A stretch of DNA of 32,000 bases from the NCBI GenBank assembly GCA_001695645.1, contig LVZN01000056.1, positions 75,333-107,332 on the forward strand. Direction: 5' to 3'. The notes under the pieces were generated by a model. The model saw only the letters and a list, made by a program, of their open reading frames with translations. It was not told the DNA's origin and did no database searches. Shown in pieces: positions 14,178 through 22,858 of the stretch (its first letter is position 1; each line of letters begins with the position of its first letter). Source of the DNA: Erysipelotrichaceae bacterium MTC7 (GTDB lineage Bacteria > Bacillota_I > Bacilli_A > Erysipelotrichales > Erysipelotrichaceae). A program made the translations under genes and the position numbers.

Positions 14178-14205
14178 ACTATACCATACAATTCCCATAT
14201 TTCAA
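14178..14205 (-). promoter_or_regulatory. Predicted promoter of the PTS operon (TTGAAA-16-TGgTATAGT)
   Basis: Minus strand TTGAAA at 14205..14200, a 16-nt spacer, and an extended -10 TGGTATAGT ending at 14178. It is about 40 nt upstream of the IIB start. Confidence 0.5.
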
Positions 14206-14310
14206 GTATAGTTCGCATTTTTTTTACATATTCATTGTAATGCATAGGTGATTCCCTTGTCGCCTCAGACGCATAAAAAATATATGTCGTATATCTTTTA
14301 TGATATATAA

Positions 14311-14340
14311 AAATAAAAAACCCTTTATTTAAGGGCTTTT
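14311..14340 (-). terminator. Rho-independent terminator of the DUF885 gene
   Basis: Minus strand GCCCTT-AAATA-AAGGGT followed by TTTTTTATTTTT. The TAA stop (14325..14327) sits in the loop. Confidence 0.7.
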
Positions 14341-16034
14341 TCAACATAAGATTCAACAATTGAAAATGGTGCAGGACCAATATTTAAAATTGCTTCATGG
14401 AATTTTTTAGCATCAACATCATCATAAGCTTCTGCTAAATCGATAAATTTCTGTCCACCAACGTAATATTCAGCAAAGATTCCTGGTGTAACTGCTAATG
14501 TTGTATAGATTTCATTTGTATCACCAAACATCGATAGATACTGTTGCAAATCCGCTTGTGTTTGTCCATCGTAATTGATCATCAAATCAATCATCAACAA
14601 CAACGCGTAATTTAAACGCTCCATACTATCGTTCGCTTTAGCAACTTCCGGTTTTAAGGCATACTTTGTTGTATAGTATTGCACATAGTTTGCCCAACCT
14701 TCTGTATAGCCACTGTAATCCATAAGTGAACGGATTAACGGTTGTTCTTGTTCTTTGTAATATTGCTTTTGGTACATATGTCCTGGATAACCTTCATGGG
14801 CGATGGTCGAATAGTCATCTTCCGTAAAGTCGCCATTTAGAATCATCTTTTCTTTTGTATGTTCTTCATCAATCGGACTTGTAAAATACGCAGCTGCCGT
14901 ATTCCCTAAAATCTTACGCATCGACTCTGGCACGATTTCCATTTCGTAATCTAAATCGCGAACCGCTGGAAAATCATCTTTTGTATCTTTGCTTAACTCC
15001 TCCAGTACTTTATTTGGATCGGTTTGTTTTGTATACACACCTGAACTTTCCATTTCCAAAGAATTGCTATCCTGCATTTCATTCAAGTAACGTGTATACA
15101 TATCTTGCAAGTATGTTCGATACGTTTCAATATCCATACCTGTTGTTCCTTCAATTTGAATTGCGTATAATTCGCGTCCATTTGCGTATTGAGACATGCC
15201 TTCATCAACCGCTTTTACTTGAAGGTTTGCCAAACCTGTTGCCAAGTTGGTATATGCAGTTTGTAAGGCACCATCAACTAGTGCACTATTTTGCTCAATA
15301 TATGCTTCTATATCAGCTTTTGATAGGTTCTTAACATTTGCAATTCCCTTTTTGAATGAATCTTTCAGGAAACTATGATCTCCACTTACATAGGTATCAA
15401 CAACTTCTTTGGTTTTGGCAATGTGCATTGGTTGCATACCAAATCCTTTATCTTGACGTTCTTGTTCAAATGCGACCAATGATTGAAAATACGCATCTGT
15501 TGTTTCTAACAAATGGAGATAACTTTTGATGTCTTGTTCATCTCTAAATGTGTAGAAATAGAAATTAAACGGAATATTCCCCGGAGCTCCGCGATTGTAA
15601 TCCAAATCATTGTTCATCAAGTAATACAAATCTTCAACTGGAATGCTATCGTCTGGTTGATAAGCATCAAGTAATACATCGTATGTTAGTTGTTGTTTTT
15701 CACTTAACGAGTCACGATCAAAAGCTTTAATCTTGGCATAGATTTCATTTCCTTGGTTGATACTCTCTTCGAAGTCTTCATAACTTACGAGTTTTTGTTC
15801 GTAAAGAGTCTCTTTACTGTAACCAAATGCCTCCTTATCAGCAAGAAAGTAATTTAAACTGTAATCTGTTTCATCGAATACTTCACCAATTAATGAATCA
15901 ACGTAGTTTGTAAACTCTTTGTTTTCATTCTTATCTGATAGAGCTGTTGCTGGTTTGCTTTCTTTGTTGCTTGAACAAGCAACAAGACCCATTGCTAAGA
16001 CACACACCAATAATACTTTAACTAATTTTTTCAT
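14325..16034 (-). CDS. DUF885-family lipoprotein (putative metallopeptidase-like)
   Basis: 569 aa. The lipoprotein signal MKKLVKVLLVCVLAMGLVAC-SS has a lipobox. The HEGYPGHMYQ motif is typical of DUF885. Confidence 0.75.
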   Translation of the reverse strand: MKKLVKVLLVCVLAMGLVACSSNKESKPATALSDKNENKEFTNYVDSLIGEVFDETDYSLNYFLADKEAFGYSKETLYEQKLVSYEDFEESINQGNEIYAKIKAFDRDSLSEKQQLTYDVLLDAYQPDDSIPVEDLYYLMNNDLDYNRGAPGNIPFNFYFYTFRDEQDIKSYLHLLETTDAYFQSLVAFEQERQDKGFGMQPMHIAKTKEVVDTYVSGDHSFLKDSFKKGIANVKNLSKADIEAYIEQNSALVDGALQTAYTNLATGLANLQVKAVDEGMSQYANGRELYAIQIEGTTGMDIETYRTYLQDMYTRYLNEMQDSNSLEMESSGVYTKQTDPNKVLEELSKDTKDDFPAVRDLDYEMEIVPESMRKILGNTAAAYFTSPIDEEHTKEKMILNGDFTEDDYSTIAHEGYPGHMYQKQYYKEQEQPLIRSLMDYSGYTEGWANYVQYYTTKYALKPEVAKANDSMERLNYALLLMIDLMINYDGQTQADLQQYLSMFGDTNEIYTTLAVTPGIFAEYYVGGQKFIDLAEAYDDVDAKKFHEAILNIGPAPFSIVESYVEKALK

Positions 16035-16046
16035 GTTTTTTCCCTC

Positions 16047-16946
16047 TTATAAATGTTTTAAGAAATTACCACTTACACTCAATCCTTCAGAGAAGATAAT
16101 AAATGCATGGCGATCTATTTTTTTGATTTGGTGTCTTAAGAAATGCACTTCATCTTTACTAACCGCAGTCATTAAGACAAACGTTTCTTTTTCAGTATAA
16201 CCACCAATTCCTTTCCAATAAGTTACTCCACGATGCAAATCGTTGGTGATAAACTCAACAATTTCTTTGTTTCTGGTAAATATCATCGCTGTCATGTTGA
16301 TGTTTTGGTAATGTACTTTATCAATTACAAACGTGGAAACGACAAGATAAATCATTGAGTAAATCGCTGTTTCAATATTGAATAACATCGCACATACGAT
16401 AAACAAACACGTATTCACAATCAATGATAAACGCCCCACACTAAAGTTAGGATACTTTTGTGACAAATACACCCCAACAATATCAAGCCCACCACTGGAT
16501 CCGTGTGCACGTAACATAATCCCGGTTCCACAACCGGCGATAAAACCACCAGCTAAACATGATGCTAACGTATCTTGGACAACCGGGATGCTTGGTACCG
16601 GAATCAAAGATAAAAAGGTTGTTTGTACAGCAATACAAAGCAGTGTCAAAGAAAAGAAACGCTTGGACACTTTGAAATAGGCTAAGACAAACAATGGAAT
16701 ATTTAAACAGAAGTTGATAATCCCACTGATTTCAAATGGAAATACGATTCCTACATCTGCTAATAATGTACGAATGATTTGTGATACCCCTAAAATACCA
16801 CTGGAATAAATGTGTACGGGTGTTAAGAAAAACGAAATCCCACATGAAGATATAAAACAACCAACAAAGATGTACAAAATATTTTTCGCAAATTTCTTTC
16901 TGCGCTCATCACCGTTATGTTTTAGACTTTGGGTTGGCATCATCAT
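16047..16946 (-). CDS. YitT-family membrane protein (with C-terminal DUF2179-like domain)
   Basis: 299 aa. The N-terminal 5-6 TM region contains GGFIAGCGTGIMLRAHGSSGGLDIVG. The soluble C-terminal domain of about 80 aa contains GVTYWKGIGGYT. Confidence 0.75.
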   Translation of the reverse strand: MMMPTQSLKHNGDERRKKFAKNILYIFVGCFISSCGISFFLTPVHIYSSGILGVSQIIRTLLADVGIVFPFEISGIINFCLNIPLFVLAYFKVSKRFFSLTLLCIAVQTTFLSLIPVPSIPVVQDTLASCLAGGFIAGCGTGIMLRAHGSSGGLDIVGVYLSQKYPNFSVGRLSLIVNTCLFIVCAMLFNIETAIYSMIYLVVSTFVIDKVHYQNINMTAMIFTRNKEIVEFITNDLHRGVTYWKGIGGYTEKETFVLMTAVSKDEVHFLRHQIKKIDRHAFIIFSEGLSVSGNFLKHL

Positions 16947-17762
16947 CTATTCACTCATCTTTCTCGATTTTGCAGCACAGGCTGCCATCGCTTTTTCCAC
17001 GATTCCCTTCATGTTTTCTTGTTCCAAGACTTGTACAGCTTCAATTGTCGTACCACCTGGACTACACACATTTTTAACGAGTGTCTCTAAGCTCTCGTCG
17101 CTTTCTTGGACAAGTTTTGCTGCTCCCAACACACTTTGACTTGCAAGTAATCGAGCATCTTCATAACTCAACCCTTCTTGTACTGCCCCTTGAATTAAGG
17201 CATCAATAAACATAAAGACATAGGCAGGGCTCGAACCACTGACTGCCACTACACCATGCATGTTTTCTTCAGGTACTTGTACACATACACCAAGTGCCGC
17301 AAAAATTGAAGTAACCACTTGGTTTTCTTGTAAACTTACATTTGCACTAGCACAAATTCCACTCGCACCTTCATTTACCAGTGCAGGGGTGTTTGGCATA
17401 ATGCGAACCACTTTAATTGGTTGTTCAAACAATTCCTGAATTTTTGAAATCGTCATACCTGCAGCGATACTAACCACAACCTTGTTTGGTTGATAAATGT
17501 CTTTAATCTCTGCAATCACACTTGGAAAGTGTACTGGTTTTATTGCCAATATTACAAAATCACAAAGCTCCATAATTTCCTTATTGTCTTTTGCAATACG
17601 TACTTTAAATTCATTTTTTAACTTCTCGTGTTGTGTTTCATCTGCTGCATATACATAGATATTCTCACTTGCAAAAAGGTTTGCTTGCAACATCCCTTTA
17701 AGAATTGCAGAACCCATGTTTCCACAACCGATAAAACCAACTTTATAATCCATTTTACTCAT
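16947..17762 (-). CDS. proC: Pyrroline-5-carboxylate reductase
   Basis: Rossmann motif KVGFIGCGNMGSAIL and a C-terminal SPGGTTIEA motif. I trimmed the track ORF (to 17852) to the ATG at 17762, because the upstream extension runs through a terminator and a promoter. Confidence 0.85.
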   Translation of the reverse strand: MSKMDYKVGFIGCGNMGSAILKGMLQANLFASENIYVYAADETQHEKLKNEFKVRIAKDNKEIMELCDFVILAIKPVHFPSVIAEIKDIYQPNKVVVSIAAGMTISKIQELFEQPIKVVRIMPNTPALVNEGASGICASANVSLQENQVVTSIFAALGVCVQVPEENMHGVVAVSGSSPAYVFMFIDALIQGAVQEGLSYEDARLLASQSVLGAAKLVQESDESLETLVKNVCSPGGTTIEAVQVLEQENMKGIVEKAMAACAAKSRKMSE

Positions 17763-17768
17763 GCTACT

Positions 17769-17797
17769 ATCATATCCTTTTTCCAATTCATTGTCCA
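17769..17797 (-). promoter_or_regulatory. Predicted proC promoter (TGGACA-17-TATGAT) ending 6 nt before the ATG
   Basis: Minus strand TGGACA at 17797..17792, a 17-nt spacer, and TATGAT at 17774..17769. Then AGTAGC and the ATG at 17762. Confidence 0.45.
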
Positions 17798-17798
17798 C

Positions 17799-17835
17799 AA
17801 AACCAAAAGAAAACAGGTGCTTTATGCAACCTGTT
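17799..17835 (-). terminator. Rho-independent terminator of miaB
   Basis: Minus strand AACAGGT-TGCATAAAGC-ACCTGTT followed by TTCTTTTGGTTTTG. The miaB TAA stop (17822..17824) is in the loop. Confidence 0.6.
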
Positions 17836-19261
17836 CTCCGTTTAATGACCATGTTTTTGCATCTGTAATTTTTACATTTACAATATCACCTGGTTTGATT
17901 GATTGATCTGTGGTAAAGTTCACTAACTTTTGTTGTTCTGTATATCCAGAATACACATCTTTATTTTTCTTACTTGGTCCATCAACAAGCACTTTGCAAG
18001 TTTGATTTACCCACGCTTCATTTTTTAAGCGTGCATAGTGATTGGTTTTTTCCATCAAACGGTTAAGACGGTCTTGCTTTACTTCCAGCGGAACGTTATC
18101 TAGCATCTTAGCTGCTGGTGTTCCTTCGCGTGGTGAGTAAATAAACGTAAATGCATTGTCGTATTGACAGTGATCAACGATTTCTAAAGTTCGTAAAAAC
18201 TGCTCTTCGCTTTCATTAGGAAAACCGACAATGATATCCGTTGAAAATGCTACCTTATCGATCTTGCTTGCAAGCTTATCAAATAGCGTTGTATAGTCTT
18301 CAATCGTGTAGCGACGTCCCATGATTTTAAGCATATCATTATCACCAGATTGGACTGGCAAATGAATGAACGGCATAATGTTATCATAAGCCGCAATGAC
18401 ATCAATCATCGCATCACTGAAATCCCATGGATGACTTGTTGTAAAGCGAATACGCTGTATACCCGTTTTTGCCACAGCCTCAAGTAAAGAAGCAAAACCA
18501 CCTTCAATATCTAAATCTTTTCCATAGGAATTGACATTTTGACCAAGCAACGTAACTTCTTTAAATCCTTCGTCCACAAGCGTTTGAATTTCTTGCAAGA
18601 CATCTTCTAAGGTCCGACTACGTTCTTTTCCGCGTGTATATGGCACAATACAGTAGGTACAGAACTTATCACAACCATACATGATATTAACCCATGCCTT
18701 ATGCGTACCAAATCGTTTCACGGGTAAGTTTTCAATCACTTCTCCTTCTTGTGAGAAAACTTCGATGGTACGTTCTTTATTCATCATCGCCTGATAAAGC
18801 AATTTTGGTAAACGGTGAATGTTATGCGTTCCAAATACTAGGTCCACATGTGGATATTTCTTTAAGATTAAATCCACGATTTCTTCTTCTTGGGCCATAC
18901 ATCCACACATCCCCATAATTAAATCGGGATTGGTTTGTTTCAAACGCTTCAAAGAGCCAAGTTCTCCTAGTACTTTATCCTCTGCGTTTTTTCGAACCGC
19001 GCATGTATTCAACAAAATAAAGTCAGCTTCTTCTGGTGTATCCACTTGCGTAAAGTGAAGTTGTTCCAAAATGCCGGCAATGGTTTCACCATCACGTTCA
19101 TTTGCTTGACAACCATACGTTCGTAAATAGTACGTACGGTCCACCCCCAAGTTTTTGACTTCAACTGGTACTTCAAATAATTCTTTTTCAATTTTTACTT
19201 GTTGTTTGGTACGCTTTTGCGCATCTTTCAAGTTTGGTAATTTATAATCGTTCTTTTTCAT
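17822..19261 (-). CDS. miaB: tRNA-i6A37 methylthiotransferase (radical SAM)
   Basis: UPF0004 domain YLRTYGCQANERD, radical-SAM motif CDKFCTYCIVP, and a C-terminal TRAM domain. The start is set at the ATG at 19261 (MKKNDYKLPNL...). The track's GTG at 19312 abuts an upstream terminator. Confidence 0.85.
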   Translation of the reverse strand: MKKNDYKLPNLKDAQKRTKQQVKIEKELFEVPVEVKNLGVDRTYYLRTYGCQANERDGETIAGILEQLHFTQVDTPEEADFILLNTCAVRKNAEDKVLGELGSLKRLKQTNPDLIMGMCGCMAQEEEIVDLILKKYPHVDLVFGTHNIHRLPKLLYQAMMNKERTIEVFSQEGEVIENLPVKRFGTHKAWVNIMYGCDKFCTYCIVPYTRGKERSRTLEDVLQEIQTLVDEGFKEVTLLGQNVNSYGKDLDIEGGFASLLEAVAKTGIQRIRFTTSHPWDFSDAMIDVIAAYDNIMPFIHLPVQSGDNDMLKIMGRRYTIEDYTTLFDKLASKIDKVAFSTDIIVGFPNESEEQFLRTLEIVDHCQYDNAFTFIYSPREGTPAAKMLDNVPLEVKQDRLNRLMEKTNHYARLKNEAWVNQTCKVLVDGPSKKNKDVYSGYTEQQKLVNFTTDQSIKPGDIVNVKITDAKTWSLNGEQVA

Positions 19262-19270
19262 ATCGTTAGC

Positions 19271-19298
19271 ATTATAACATATCCATTCCATTTGCCAA
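19271..19298 (-). promoter_or_regulatory. Predicted miaB promoter (TTGGCA-16-TGtTATAAT) ending 9 nt before the ATG
   Basis: Minus strand TTGGCA at 19298..19293, a 16-nt spacer, and an extended -10 TGTTATAAT ending at 19271. Then GCTAACGAT and the ATG at 19261. No SD is visible. Confidence 0.45.
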
Positions 19299-19312
19299 GT
19301 CATCCCGCCCAC

Positions 19313-19340
19313 AAAAAAAGCGGATTCGAATCGAATCCAC
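19313..19340 (-). terminator. Rho-independent terminator of the ferredoxin gene
   Basis: Minus strand GTGGATTCG-ATT-CGAATCCGC (9-bp stem with one G-U) followed by U7. Confidence 0.85.
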
Positions 19341-19358
19341 TATTTTTGATTTCTTTGA

Positions 19359-19532
19359 TTATTGTGAGATTGCTTCAGTAGGGCAAGTTCCAACACAAGC
19401 ACCACAGTCGATGCATGTTGCTTCGTCACATACTGCTTTTCCCTCGTCATTCATTGAAAGTGATTCAACTGGACAAGATCCAACACAAGCACCACATCCA
19501 ATACAAGTATCTAAGTTAATTTTTACTGGCAT
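19359..19532 (-). CDS. 2x[4Fe-4S] ferredoxin
   Basis: 57 aa from the ATG at 19532, with SD AAAGGAGGA. It has two CxxCxxCxxxCP motifs: CIGCGACVGSCP and CIDCGACVGTCP. Confidence 0.85.
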   Translation of the reverse strand: MPVKINLDTCIGCGACVGSCPVESLSMNDEGKAVCDEATCIDCGACVGTCPTEAISQ

Positions 19533-19597
19533 GTAAAGTCCTCCTTTATGACATTCCCATGGTATCACTTAACTATTAAGTTAGTCAACATTAACAG

Positions 19598-20392
19598 TTA
19601 ATCAGAAAGGCACTGTCCTTTCTCTGGTAATATTTGCAAACGTTTAATTGCAATTGCACATTTATGTACTTCATCAAAATCGATGACAACAGCATTTAAC
19701 ATCCCTTCACCTTCCGCTACGGTAAAGCGTGTTTTTTCATTTGTTGTAAAGCGGGTCAGCACTTCATTCACATCACGACCAATGATGCTTTCGTACGCGC
19801 CACACATCCCTACATCACTGATGTACGCAGTATTTCCAATAATGCGATTATCTGCGGTTTGCACGTGCGTATGTGTTCCAACAACCGCATGAATATCATC
19901 TTTAAAGTAGTAAGCAAAGGCGAGTTTTTCACTGGTTGCTTCTCCATGAAAATCGCAAAAGTAAAAATCTGCTTCTACATTTCGCAAGATTTCCTTCATA
20001 CAATCAAAAGGCGAAGAATTCACCTCAATCATGAAGACTTCTCCCATCACATTACAGATACAAACTTTATACCCATTGACCTCGACAACTTTATAGTGTT
20101 GTCCACGATCATCTGGATCTAAATTCATTGGTACTACGAGTTGTTCTGCTTCATCGATAAATTGAAAAATTGGATCTTTGGAATACGTATGATTTCCCAT
20201 GGTAATCACATCCACCCCAGCATTCAACAAAGCGTGGTAGATTTTACGTGTGATTCCTTTTCCATGAGCACTATTTTCACCATTGGCGATCACTAAATCT
20301 AATTGTAGCTCGTCCTTAAGACGAGCTACATTGTTGATGACCATATTTCGACCGACCGATCCAACGATATCTCCAACAAATAAAATTCTCAT
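19598..20392 (-). CDS. ymdB: YmdB-type metallophosphoesterase (2',3'-cyclic-nucleotide phosphodiesterase family)
   Basis: 264 aa starting [11 protein letters not shown], with GENSAHGKG, GNH and GTHTHVQTAD motifs. It lies immediately downstream of rny (1-nt TAATG overlap), as in B. subtilis. Confidence 0.85.
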   Translation of the reverse strand: MRILFVGDIVGSVGRNMVINNVARLKDELQLDLVIANGENSAHGKGITRKIYHALLNAGVDVITMGNHTYSKDPIFQFIDEAEQLVVPMNLDPDDRGQHYKVVEVNGYKVCICNVMGEVFMIEVNSSPFDCMKEILRNVEADFYFCDFHGEATSEKLAFAYYFKDDIHAVVGTHTHVQTADNRIIGNTAYISDVGMCGAYESIIGRDVNEVLTRFTTNEKTRFTVAEGEGMLNAVVIDFDEVHKCAIAIKRLQILPEKGQCLSD

Positions 20393-21942
20393 TATTTTGC
20401 GACTTCGTTAGCTCTAGTTTCGCGGATAACCGTAACTTTAATTTGTCCTGGATATGTCAATTCAGCTTCAATTTTATCTCTTAATTCACGTGCAAGTTTC
20501 ACAGCTTTTAAGTCGTCAATTTTATCTGGTGCCACAAAGACACGAATTTCACGACCTGCTTGAATTGCATATGTACTTTCCACACCTTCGAATGATTTAG
20601 AAATACGTTCCAAATCTTCAAGACGTTTGATGTAGTTTTGCATTTGTTCTTTACGCGCACCTGGTCTAGCTGCACTTAACGTATCTGCAGCATATACAAG
20701 GTTACTAATTAAGTATTTAGGTTCTGCATCTCCATGGTGTGATTGAATAGCATTTAAAACAACTTCATCTTCACCATGTTTTTTGGCAAACTTGTAACCA
20801 AGTTCAACATGTGAACCGTCCACTTCATAATCAATGGCTTTTCCTAAATCGTGAAGCAATCCAGCACGTTTAGCTAACACTTGGTTTAACCCAAGTTCAG
20901 CTGCCATCATACCTGTTAATTCAGCAACTTCCATTGAATGTTGTAATGCATTTTGACCATACGAATAACGATATTTTAATTTCCCAATTAAGCGAATCAT
21001 ATCTTTATCCATTTTTCCAATTCCTAAGCGGAAAATTGCATCTTCTCCAGCTTTTAGAATGCTTTGGTCCATATCTTTGCGCACTTTACGTACGACTTCT
21101 TCAATTCTTCCTGGTTGGATACGTCCATCTTTAATTAAACTTTCAAGTGCTTGTCTTGCCACTTCACGACGAATTGGATCAAAACAAGATAAGGTAATAA
21201 CCTCTGGTGTATCATCGATGTTTAAATCAACACCGGTTGCTTGTTCAATGGCTTTAATATTACGCCCTTCACGACCAATGATACGACCCTTCATTTCTTC
21301 AGATGGAAGGTTTACAACACTAACCATACGGTCTGCTGCTTCATCTTGTGACAAACGTTGAACCGATAAAGCAATAATGTTACGCGCTTTATCATCTGCT
21401 GTACTTTTTGCATCATCTTCACGTTCTTTGATATATGATAACACTTCGTTATCCATCCGCTTTTCTACAATTGAGAACAATTCATCTTTTGCCTGTTGAC
21501 TTGTCATTGCGGCGATTCGTTCCAATTCTTCGACTTGGATGTCAATTTGTTTTTCTAATTCTGCTTCTTTCTTGTCTAATGCTGACATTCTTTCACTTAA
21601 TTGCGTATTTTTCTTTTCTAATTGTGTTTCTTTGCTCACTAAAGCCTCATCTCTAAAGTTGAGACTGTCTTCTTTACGAATTAAACTGTTTTCTTTTTCT
21701 TGTAATTTAGTTTCTTGAGCTTTAATTTCTTTTTCTGCATTAAGTTTCATTTCATGAGTCTGCGTTTTCCCCTCAAGCACCGCTTGTTTTAGCGTTGCTT
21801 CCGCTTTTGACTCTGCTTCTTGTATTGTCAATTTGGCTTGGTGCTTACTTTTTGTAAGACCCATTTTACCAGCGATTGCCATCACGGCAATTCCAATAAT
21901 TAAACCGATAACACCAGACAAGAGGATGTTTGTTGTATTCAT
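20392..21942 (-). CDS. rny: Ribonuclease Y
   Basis: 516 aa with an N-terminal TM anchor, a coiled coil, a KH domain ([13 protein letters not shown]) and an HD domain (HSMEVA...LLHDLGKA). Confidence 0.95.
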   Translation of the reverse strand: MNTTNILLSGVIGLIIGIAVMAIAGKMGLTKSKHQAKLTIQEAESKAEATLKQAVLEGKTQTHEMKLNAEKEIKAQETKLQEKENSLIRKEDSLNFRDEALVSKETQLEKKNTQLSERMSALDKKEAELEKQIDIQVEELERIAAMTSQQAKDELFSIVEKRMDNEVLSYIKEREDDAKSTADDKARNIIALSVQRLSQDEAADRMVSVVNLPSEEMKGRIIGREGRNIKAIEQATGVDLNIDDTPEVITLSCFDPIRREVARQALESLIKDGRIQPGRIEEVVRKVRKDMDQSILKAGEDAIFRLGIGKMDKDMIRLIGKLKYRYSYGQNALQHSMEVAELTGMMAAELGLNQVLAKRAGLLHDLGKAIDYEVDGSHVELGYKFAKKHGEDEVVLNAIQSHHGDAEPKYLISNLVYAADTLSAARPGARKEQMQNYIKRLEDLERISKSFEGVESTYAIQAGREIRVFVAPDKIDDLKAVKLARELRDKIEAELTYPGQIKVTVIRETRANEVAK

Positions 21943-21995
21943 GTGTATCTCCTCTTTTCTTGTTGTAATTTACTGAGTAATAATACCCATATATA

Positions 21996-22024
21996 ATAAT
22001 ACATCTAATTCTGGTTTTCGGCAA
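21996..22024 (-). promoter_or_regulatory. Predicted rny promoter (TTGCCG-17-TATTAT)
   Basis: Minus strand TTGCCG at 22024..22019, a 17-nt spacer, and TATTAT at 22001..21996. It is about 50 nt upstream of the rny ATG, which has SD AGAGGAGA. Confidence 0.45.
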
Positions 22025-22046
22025 CGATTTAACGACCAACAATCCT

Positions 22047-22074
22047 AAAAAAAGAGAAAAACAAACGTTTTCCC
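22047..22074 (-). terminator. Rho-independent terminator after the DUF2200-like pair
   Basis: Minus strand GGGAAAA-CGTTTGT-TTTTCTC (7-bp stem with one G-U) followed by U7. It begins 8 nt after the stop at 22082..22084. Confidence 0.6.
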
Positions 22075-22081
22075 TTTTTAC

Positions 22082-22432
22082 TTACTTTCTTAAAATGGTC
22101 GACAATGGTTCATCCTTGTTCAGTTGTTCAAGCAACACTTCCAACTGACGAATCGTTTTTAAAGTTGATTCTTGCATGTCTTGGACAACTTCTCCATTAA
22201 CGCGCCCTTGAATCATGCTTGCATTTGGATGAATGGCTGGAGCTTCTTTGATAAAGTGTTCCATGTCAATGCGACTTTCAATCATTTGATTTAACGCTTT
22301 TTCATCATAACCAGTCAACCACATAATGATGGTGTCCACTTGTTCTTTTGTATGGTTGCGGTCTTCCGCTTCTTTTAGAACATGTGCATAATACGTTGTA
22401 AACTCTGTAGTCATAGTATTTAATTTGCTCAT
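22082..22432 (-). CDS. DUF2200-like protein, paralogue 2
   Basis: 116 aa from the ATG at 22432, with SD AAGGAGAGGTG. The GTG at 22441 in the track lies inside the SD. It shares the HxKEx(V/L)(D/E)T(I/V)xMWLTGY core and the C-terminal LxxILRK with the upstream gene. Confidence 0.65.
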   Translation of the reverse strand: MSKLNTMTTEFTTYYAHVLKEAEDRNHTKEQVDTIIMWLTGYDEKALNQMIESRIDMEHFIKEAPAIHPNASMIQGRVNGEVVQDMQESTLKTIRQLEVLLEQLNKDEPLSTILRK

Positions 22433-22501
22433 TTGTATCACCTCTCCTTATGAAACTATAATTAGTATATCACTTTATCATAAGTAAGATGTAAATAACG
22501 C

Positions 22502-22858
22502 TTACTCAGGTTTACGTAAAATCTTTTCGAGTTTTTTACCTTTCGCCAGTTCATCAACCAGTTTGTCTAAATACCTCACTTTTTGCATTAAAGGATCTTC
22601 AATTCGATCGACGTGCACACCACAAATTGAACCCTTAATGAACTTTGCATGGGGATTGATTTCTGGTGCAAATGTATAGAACTCTTCAACTGTCACATGA
22701 TTATCCAATTGTTTTTTTAGTTCCTCTTTACTATAGCCAGTCAACCACATGGTCACGGTCTCTAGTTCTTCTTTGCTATGTCCTTTACGTTCCACTTTTT
22801 GGATATACAAATCATAAATATTTGCAAAATCCATTTGGAATATTTTATCATTTGCCAT
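22502..22858 (-). CDS. DUF2200-like protein, paralogue 1
   Basis: 118 aa: MANDKIFQMDFANIYDLYIQKVERKGHSKEELETVTMWLTGY...RYLDKLVDELAKGKKLEKILRK. This matches my recollection of the DUF2200 family consensus, which I could not verify. SD AAGGAG. Confidence 0.65.
   Translation of the reverse strand: MANDKIFQMDFANIYDLYIQKVERKGHSKEELETVTMWLTGYSKEELKKQLDNHVTVEEFYTFAPEINPHAKFIKGSICGVHVDRIEDPLMQKVRYLDKLVDELAKGKKLEKILRKPE

Noticed and set aside
16018-16035. Apparent extra A (frameshift) when hand-translating the start of the DUF885 gene
   Set aside because: The ORF track reads straight through this spot on both strands (14325..16034 on minus, 15919..16200 on plus), and coordinates re-synchronise on both sides. 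I attribute the discrepancy to my own reading of the printed run of A/T, not to a real frameshift.
19604-19623. 7-bp hairpin AGAAAGG/CCTTTCT near the ymdB stop codon
   Set aside because: It lies inside the ymdB coding sequence and is followed by GATTAACTG rather than a U-tract. It is not a terminator. The nearby ACTTAA-TAG-TTAAGT inverted repeat is too short to interpret.
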